In this document: positions 26,897 to 32,000 of the stretch, one piece after another
How the letters are laid out: every line of letters starts with the position of its first letter
Numbering within the stretch: the first letter of the stretch is position 1
NCBI GenBank assembly: GCA_964510585.1
Contig: CAZECW010000018.1
Coordinates: 1 to 32,000, forward strand
Direction of reading: 5' to 3'
DNA: 32,000 nt
From: an uncultured archaeon
GTDB lineage: Archaea > Asgardarchaeota > Jordiarchaeia > Jordiarchaeales > Jordiarchaeaceae
Translations under genes and position numbers: made by a program
Notes under the pieces: generated by a model
Told to the model about the DNA's origin: nothing
Databases searched by the model: none
Seen by the model: only the letters and a program-made list of their open reading frames with translations

Positions 26897-27947
26897 TTAT
26901 TCCTCAGCTTCCTCGCTTCTGTCGTGTTTTTTCCACATAGGAGGGTAGGTTCCCGGCTCCATTAAGACACGGTTTATTTCCACTGCAACCCCGTGGTTTG
27001 AGGTGTACATTTCTTGACTGCTCATTTTTGCTATTCCCAATGCTACAGCTTCATTTTTAAGCGTGAAGATTGAAACTAGATCACCAGCTTTTATTTCGCT
27101 CTCTAGTTTAACTATTCCAGGAGCGGTTAGATTTGCACCGTGACAAAGAGAATCTACGGCAGAGTCTCGTATAAAAATTTTAGGTATATGCTCCAGTGCA
27201 TTTTCCATTGGTTGTATAATTTTTCTTAGGAATGATTCGTCTCCATCTTCCTTCCAGAAATGGTAAGCATCAACGAGGTCGTATAGGTTTGTTATAGTAT
27301 CTTCTTTGAAAGGCCCTGTTCGGGTGCGTCTGAGTTCTCTCATATGGGCGCCACAACCTAAAACCTCGCCGATGTCGTGGCAGAGCTTCCTTATGTAGGT
27401 GCCGGCCTCACAACCAACACGCAGGAGCCCATTTCTACCCTCTACTTCGTTTAGTTCAATATAGTATATTTCCCTAATCCTCACCCTCCTTTTAACCGAG
27501 GAGCGGAGCGGTGGACGCTGATAAATTTGTCCCGCAAACTCGTTTACAACTTCTCTCAATCTACTTTCAGACACATCCCCGTGCAGCCGAATTACACAAA
27601 CATACTCTTTCCCAGCCGGAAGGAGAGCTTGAACTACTTTAGTTGCAGATTCTAAAGCCACAGGAAGCACACCTGTGACTTTGGGATTTCACTGCCTCCT
27701 ATGCTTCTGAAGGAAGCTCTAGTGTCCCAGCGTGGCCTGCCTTCTTAACATTCAAGATTTTTTTGACCCAGCTAACCACTTCATGTGAAGTGGGACCCGG
27801 AGGCTTGTCAATATTGACTATCCCGTTTTTTATATAATCTTCTATTTGACGTTCGTTGGGTGGAGTTCCATACTCCGGATTAGTGACCACGTTAGCCTTC
27901 TGGAGCATCTCTCTTTTCTTGTCGCTGGGTAAAAAACGCTCGACCAT
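26897..27947 (-). CDS. cbf5: H/ACA pseudouridine synthase Cbf5, interrupted by a 31-nt BHB intron (exons 27719-27947 and 26897-27687; 339 aa if spliced)
   Basis: [11 protein letters not shown]; [15 protein letters not shown] restored by splicing; [16 protein letters not shown] and PUA domain. Confidence 0.95.
27688..27718 (-). other. 31-nt canonical BHB intron in cbf5
   Basis: GGGA/UCCC exon helix, CACU/AGUG central helix, AGA and AAA bulges, GCUUCCU/AGGAGGC intron stem. Confidence 0.93.
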
Positions 27948-28010
27948 TATCCATCCCCACTAAGTTTTTAAAATAAAAATAAAGATATTGGATTGACTTT
28001 ACCGCATATC

Positions 28011-28292
28011 TTAGAGATTAACTTTTACTTCTTGCTTCATTAAATCCAACAACCCTGCTTTTTCTAGCGCACTAATGATTTCGCTGTCTTCAGCCCCACG
28101 TTTGATGTCAATTTTGTTCTCTGTAACCTCCAAGTGTTTTATATTCGCTCTGCGTCTTCTAACCTTGTTTAGCGAGGGGGGCCCTGTAATGAGAACATAG
28201 TTTTTGTCGATGACCTCTACTATTACGCATTTTTTGCCAGCTTCTCTTCCCATTAATTTAACGCAAATTCTTCCCGGTTCAATTGCAACCAT
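28011..28292 (-). CDS. rpl14e: 50S ribosomal protein eL14
   Basis: [19 protein letters not shown] and [12 protein letters not shown] motifs. Confidence 0.97.
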   Translation of the reverse strand: MVAIEPGRICVKLMGREAGKKCVIVEVIDKNYVLITGPPSLNKVRRRRANIKHLEVTENKIDIKRGAEDSEIISALEKAGLLDLMKQEVKVNL

Positions 28293-28354
28293 TTTTCTAA
28301 ACCTCCAGTCGCTCTCGAGTCTTCCTTCCAGGTCACCCTAGTAGGTTCAACCTC

Positions 28355-28897
28355 TTAGGAGGACGAGGCAATATATTCTTCCACCACTGTCTTTAAAATC
28401 TTTACTATAGAATCAAGCGACCACAATTCGGTGTTAATTATCACATCAAAAATTGAGTGGTCATCAATGTTAATGTTATAAATTTTTTTAAATCTCTCCT
28501 TTTCACTCTTCTCCCTAGCAAGAGTTTCTTCTAAAGCCTCCTCATAAGACTTATTATCCCTTTTGGCTAATCTTCTGACCCTTACTTCGAGTGGGGCGGT
28601 CAGCAATATCTTTATGTCAGCATACTCTTGTGCCATCCAGGCGCTCAAACGAGCATCAATAATTACGTTTCCTTTTTTTGCCACCTTAATAGTTTCTTCA
28701 TCAATCTGACGATCTATCTCGGGGTTATCCTCGACATAGGAGCTAAATTCTTCTAGGCTCATACCTTTCTCTTTGGCTAAACGGCGGAAAATTTCCCCCG
28801 AAGAAATGTACCTCAAATTAAAAATTTCAGCTAAGAGCTTGGCACAGGCAGATTTACCCACACCATGCTCCCCGCTAATTGTTATAACAATACCCAC
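28355..28897 (-). CDS. cmk: Archaeal cytidylate kinase
   Basis: ITISG.HGVGKS P-loop, ISSGEIFR, IDRQIDE and ARLSAW motifs; conserved position between rpl34e and rpl14e. Confidence 0.93.
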   Translation of the reverse strand: MGIVITISGEHGVGKSACAKLLAEIFNLRYISSGEIFRRLAKEKGMSLEEFSSYVEDNPEIDRQIDEETIKVAKKGNVIIDARLSAWMAQEYADIKILLTAPLEVRVRRLAKRDNKSYEEALEETLAREKSEKERFKKIYNINIDDHSIFDVIINTELWSLDSIVKILKTVVEEYIASSS

Positions 28898-29163
28898 TAC
28901 TCGCTGCCCCTAACACTAATCTTATAAAACGATTTTAAACATTTAGAGCAGAGGTAACCACCATAAGGCCTGTCTGGTCGCCTCTGAGTCTTTGACTTTA
29001 AATGTGAAACACTTTCACTCCAACATCCCGAAAGAAGCGCACCACAGGAAGCACAAACGGGTTTATTAGCCTTCTTCCTGCGATACTGGGTTACGAGTTT
29101 CCCACCTGAAGTTCTAACTTTTTTTCTCAGCATAGATCTGGATCTATATTTTGGACTAGGCAA
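28897..29163 (-). CDS. rpl34e: 50S ribosomal protein eL34
   Basis: (M)PSPKYRSRS, CASCG and RPDRPYGGYLC motifs; TTG at 29163 behind GGTGA. Confidence 0.95.
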   Translation of the reverse strand: MPSPKYRSRSMLRKKVRTSGGKLVTQYRRKKANKPVCASCGALLSGCWSESVSHLKSKTQRRPDRPYGGYLCSKCLKSFYKISVRGSE

Positions 29164-29179
29164 CTCATCCATCACCATC

Positions 29180-29863
29180 CTAAGTTTCAAAATTTACTCC
29201 AAACAACCGCTGAAAAATCCCAGCAAAAGCAAAGTTAGTAATAAAGTACCACCAAATGAAGAAAATTCCAAAACCGGGAATTAGACACCAAGCATCAGCA
29301 GCAATTGGTACGTTTAAACCCATTACGGTGTGGAAAAATGTGTACCACTCTGAGGGCATCGCAAAAAGGTAAACTCCCGGAAAATAGCCCAACCCCCCCA
29401 TCTGCCAAATTAACCAGTTAATGTCTAAATACTGCGGCCCAACAAGCCCCCCAAACATCCCCTCAGGGACACCAGGGAGTCGAGCTAAGTTAATTGGAAG
29501 CACTGCAACAATGGAGGGGATCATACGCTCGAATCCGGGAAAACCATATAAGCCATATAGGTAGTAGAACAGAGCCATAAAGGGTATCATGTAAATAAGG
29601 GTTGGTTTCATCCTCGTGGACGCTTGTTCTCTCTGAATTCTCTCAATGAATTTTCGTTTCCTCTCTAGTTTCAATATTAATTTTTGGTTATTCTCCTTTT
29701 TCGCATTAGCCATTGCTTCGCGCCATTTCCTTATCTCCCTACTGTATCTACGAATTTTAGCCACTGGTAAAACTAACCTGTTGACAGCGCTTGCTGTGAT
29801 GCTGAGCAAGAGAGAAGCACCCAAGACGACCCACATTGACCCCGGAGGAACACTAAAACTCAT
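29180..29863 (-). CDS. DUF106 / EMC3-TMCO1-like (Oxa1 superfamily) membrane protein
   Basis: TM1, basic coiled coil, MKPTLIYMIPF TM2 and WWYFITNF TM3; conserved secY-adk-DUF106-rpl34e context. Confidence 0.88.
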   Translation of the reverse strand: MSFSVPPGSMWVVLGASLLLSITASAVNRLVLPVAKIRRYSREIRKWREAMANAKKENNQKLILKLERKRKFIERIQREQASTRMKPTLIYMIPFMALFYYLYGLYGFPGFERMIPSIVAVLPINLARLPGVPEGMFGGLVGPQYLDINWLIWQMGGLGYFPGVYLFAMPSEWYTFFHTVMGLNVPIAADAWCLIPGFGIFFIWWYFITNFAFAGIFQRLFGVNFET

Positions 29864-29892
29864 TTTAACACCTTCTCATATTAATAAATACT

Positions 29893-30495
29893 TTATCTCT
29901 TCAGCGACTTAAATAACTTAACGGTCTCAGCCGCAGCCTCTTCTGCCTTTCCATCGTGGTTCATAATTATCTTCACGGTTGAGCCCGCTATCTCAGCACA
30001 GGCCAAGGCAGCTGACCTACACATTTGCTGGTGTAGATTTATATCCTCGACAGATTCAACATCACGGTTTCTAGTAGTATCCTTACTCCGTCTACCAGCT
30101 ATCTCTTCGGGAAAAGCCTCCACTAATATTATCATATTAGGGCAGAGAGCCTCAACAACCCACATAGGAAGACCGGGCAAGAAGCCTTCAGGTGTCCTGA
30201 TTAGCATATGGGTGTCCACAATTACAATCTTGTCTCTAGCCATATTAGCAATTTTTTCAGCTGCTGAACGCTGTATCTTACGCTGGATTTCAGTGGGCAA
30301 ACTTCTCATTTGATCTCTATTCTCTACCAAGCCACTGGATTTAGCTTCTTCAAACATAACTGTTCCATAATTTACAAGTACAACTTCACCAAAACCTAAA
30401 GACTTTAGCGTTTCAAGCGCAGCATTCAGAACTGTGGTTTTACCACTACCCGGCAAACCGGTCAAAACGAATACTTTACCTTGTCTGTCAGCCAA
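29893..30495 (-). CDS. adkA: Archaeal adenylate kinase
   Basis: TGLPGSGKTT, NYGTVM, RDQMR, DTHMLIRTPEGFLPGLP and HQQMCR motifs; TTG start. Confidence 0.95.
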   Translation of the reverse strand: MADRQGKVFVLTGLPGSGKTTVLNAALETLKSLGFGEVVLVNYGTVMFEEAKSSGLVENRDQMRSLPTEIQRKIQRSAAEKIANMARDKIVIVDTHMLIRTPEGFLPGLPMWVVEALCPNMIILVEAFPEEIAGRRSKDTTRNRDVESVEDINLHQQMCRSAALACAEIAGSTVKIIMNHDGKAEEAAAETVKLFKSLKR

Positions 30496-30507
30496 GTCAA
30501 AAGCCTC

Positions 30508-32000
30508 CTACTTTATACCGAGCAATCCCCTCAAAGCGGGGTTAATAGTGGCAAGCTGCTCCTGAGCAATGATTTGATAATACTGATAGATAATACCCAC
30601 CGTTAACAGCATTCCTACCCCTGAGCCCAGAGCCCCTGCGAAATCAGCCAAGGCAGCCAAAACGCCAACACCTAAACCTCCGAGAATTGTGACCACTGGA
30701 ATGTATCTATCCAGTATTTTTTCAATAATTACAGGTGATCTTCTGAAACCAGGCACCATCATCCCTGCTTGAATGAGTTGATTTGCGATATCCTTAGGAC
30801 TTAATCCAGACACGTCAATCCATATGTATGCAAAGAGCCCACAGAAACCAGCGAATAACAGAAGATAGACTCCCGCTCTCACGGGGTCGGCAAAAACAGA
30901 GGACAGACCATGTGGTGTCGTAAGATAGTATACAAGACCTCCATGGGGTATGAATTGGCCCTGAGTTCCCCAAGAAGGAATAAATTGACCAAGAAGGTTC
31001 ACTATGGGATTGAAGTTCCAACCAACATTATACTGAGCCACCCAGTAGTACTGTGCCAACAAATTGGGTTCACCTAGTAATGCTAAATAATTGTAGAAGG
31101 GTTGGAAACCATAACTGGTCCACAAAACTTGAGCTATAATTAGAGCGTTTGCATAGAGGGCCCAAACCAAGATGACGGGTATATTTGAAGTATAGAAGAA
31201 TTTTATAGGGTAACGCCCTCGAAAACCACGGTAACGAGCATATTGGAGGGGAATTTCAACTCTCACAGACTCGATATAAACTACAACCAAAAAGGTTATG
31301 ATGCTAGCAATTAAACCAATTAGGTCTGGTTGGCCGTAACCTCGGTTAAAGAGGTGCCAAATATCTGCATGGGGATACATAAGATCGAAAATAAAGGCCA
31401 TCCTAGCCCACTCAATAGCAGTAGGAAGTCCATTTATAAAGTATGTATAATCATAGATATTTTGGGGAGGATAGATAGTTCTAAAATGGCTGATTGTTTG
31501 TTGGAATACACTATAAGTATAACTGTAAGGAAATGCAAGGGTCTGAATGGTCGCCAGAATTATACCGCTAGCAAGAAAGTCATAGGGGCTCGTAGTAGTG
31601 TTAAAACAGCCCCAAAATATTTGACCTGCAACATTTGCGGCAATAAATAAACTCACTCCACTCCCGAGGCCCCAGCCCTTCTGAATTGTTTCATCCATTA
31701 ATATAAGAAGAGTTCCCGCAACTGTGAGCTGAACAAAAACTAGGAGCATTTTATCACCAGAGAGTTGTCCGTAAGCGCCGGATAGTATGTAAATTGCAGC
31801 CTGCACCACTGTAACTAGAAAAGCTAATATCTTCTGTGTCCCAGTAAAAAGAGCACGGTCCTCAGGATTGCCATATTCCATCTGAATCAGCCTGGAGCCG
31901 ACAAGCAGCTGCATTATTAATCCCGCTGTCACTATTGGCCCAATACCAAGCTCCATTAGAGTGCCACGAGAAGAGGCAAGAATTACACGCATAAAATAGA
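30508..32000 (-). CDS. secY: Preprotein translocase SecY (5'-truncated by the window end)
   Basis: GTLMELGIGPIVTAG, KGWGLGSGVSLFI, YPIKFFYTSNIPVIL and PGFRRS motifs. Confidence 0.97.
   Translation of the reverse strand, partial: YFMRVILASSRGTLMELGIGPIVTAGLIMQLLVGSRLIQMEYGNPEDRALFTGTQKILAFLVTVVQAAIYILSGAYGQLSGDKMLLVFVQLTVAGTLLILMDETIQKGWGLGSGVSLFIAANVAGQIFWGCFNTTTSPYDFLASGIILATIQTLAFPYSYTYSVFQQTISHFRTIYPPQNIYDYTYFINGLPTAIEWARMAFIFDLMYPHADIWHLFNRGYGQPDLIGLIASIITFLVVVYIESVRVEIPLQYARYRGFRGRYPIKFFYTSNIPVILVWALYANALIIAQVLWTSYGFQPFYNYLALLGEPNLLAQYYWVAQYNVGWNFNPIVNLLGQFIPSWGTQGQFIPHGGLVYYLTTPHGLSSVFADPVRAGVYLLLFAGFCGLFAYIWIDVSGLSPKDIANQLIQAGMMVPGFRRSPVIIEKILDRYIPVVTILGGLGVGVLAALADFAGALGSGVGMLLTVGIIYQYYQIIAQEQLATINPALRGLLGIK

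Noticed and set aside
16244-27718. Common origin of the gatE, cbf5 and tRNA introns (shared AAGCAU, UAGGA)
   Set aside because: Matches are only 5-6 nt in AU-rich sequence and are not significant
1-32000. CRISPR arrays, intact IS elements, rRNA genes and inteins
   Set aside because: No repeat-spacer periodicity, transposase ORF or rRNA-like sequence seen; RpoA', RpoA'' and GlmS have ordinary lengths

Overview
Archaeal core-genome window, probably from a TACK- or Asgard-related lineage; the taxon is inferred from ribosomal protein and RNA polymerase sequences and is not resolved further. It carries AMMECR1-GT28-nadC, thiI, rps12-rps7 (inverted relative to nusA-rpl30e-rpoA2-rpoA1), glmS, gatE-gatD, elp3, rpl7ae, a mevalonate cluster (mvk, ipk and a type 1 idi), the rps13-to-rps2 cluster, a tRNA-Ser gene, and the secY-adk-DUF106-rpl34e-cmk-rpl14e-cbf5 cluster. 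The main signal is six short bulge-helix-bulge (BHB) introns that I could fold by hand. Four lie in a single tRNA-Ser(GGA). One is the 31-nt intron at the known cbf5 site. One is a 30-nt intron with two stop codons in gatE, a protein gene in which I know of no reported archaeal intron. Secondary observations are likely ATA/ACG start codons, a +1 homopolymer frameshift in mvk, a candidate K-turn over the L7Ae ribosome-binding site, and expanded external loops in SecY and the Oxa1/EMC3-like protein. No splicing, folding or database search was run; all structures are manual readings.
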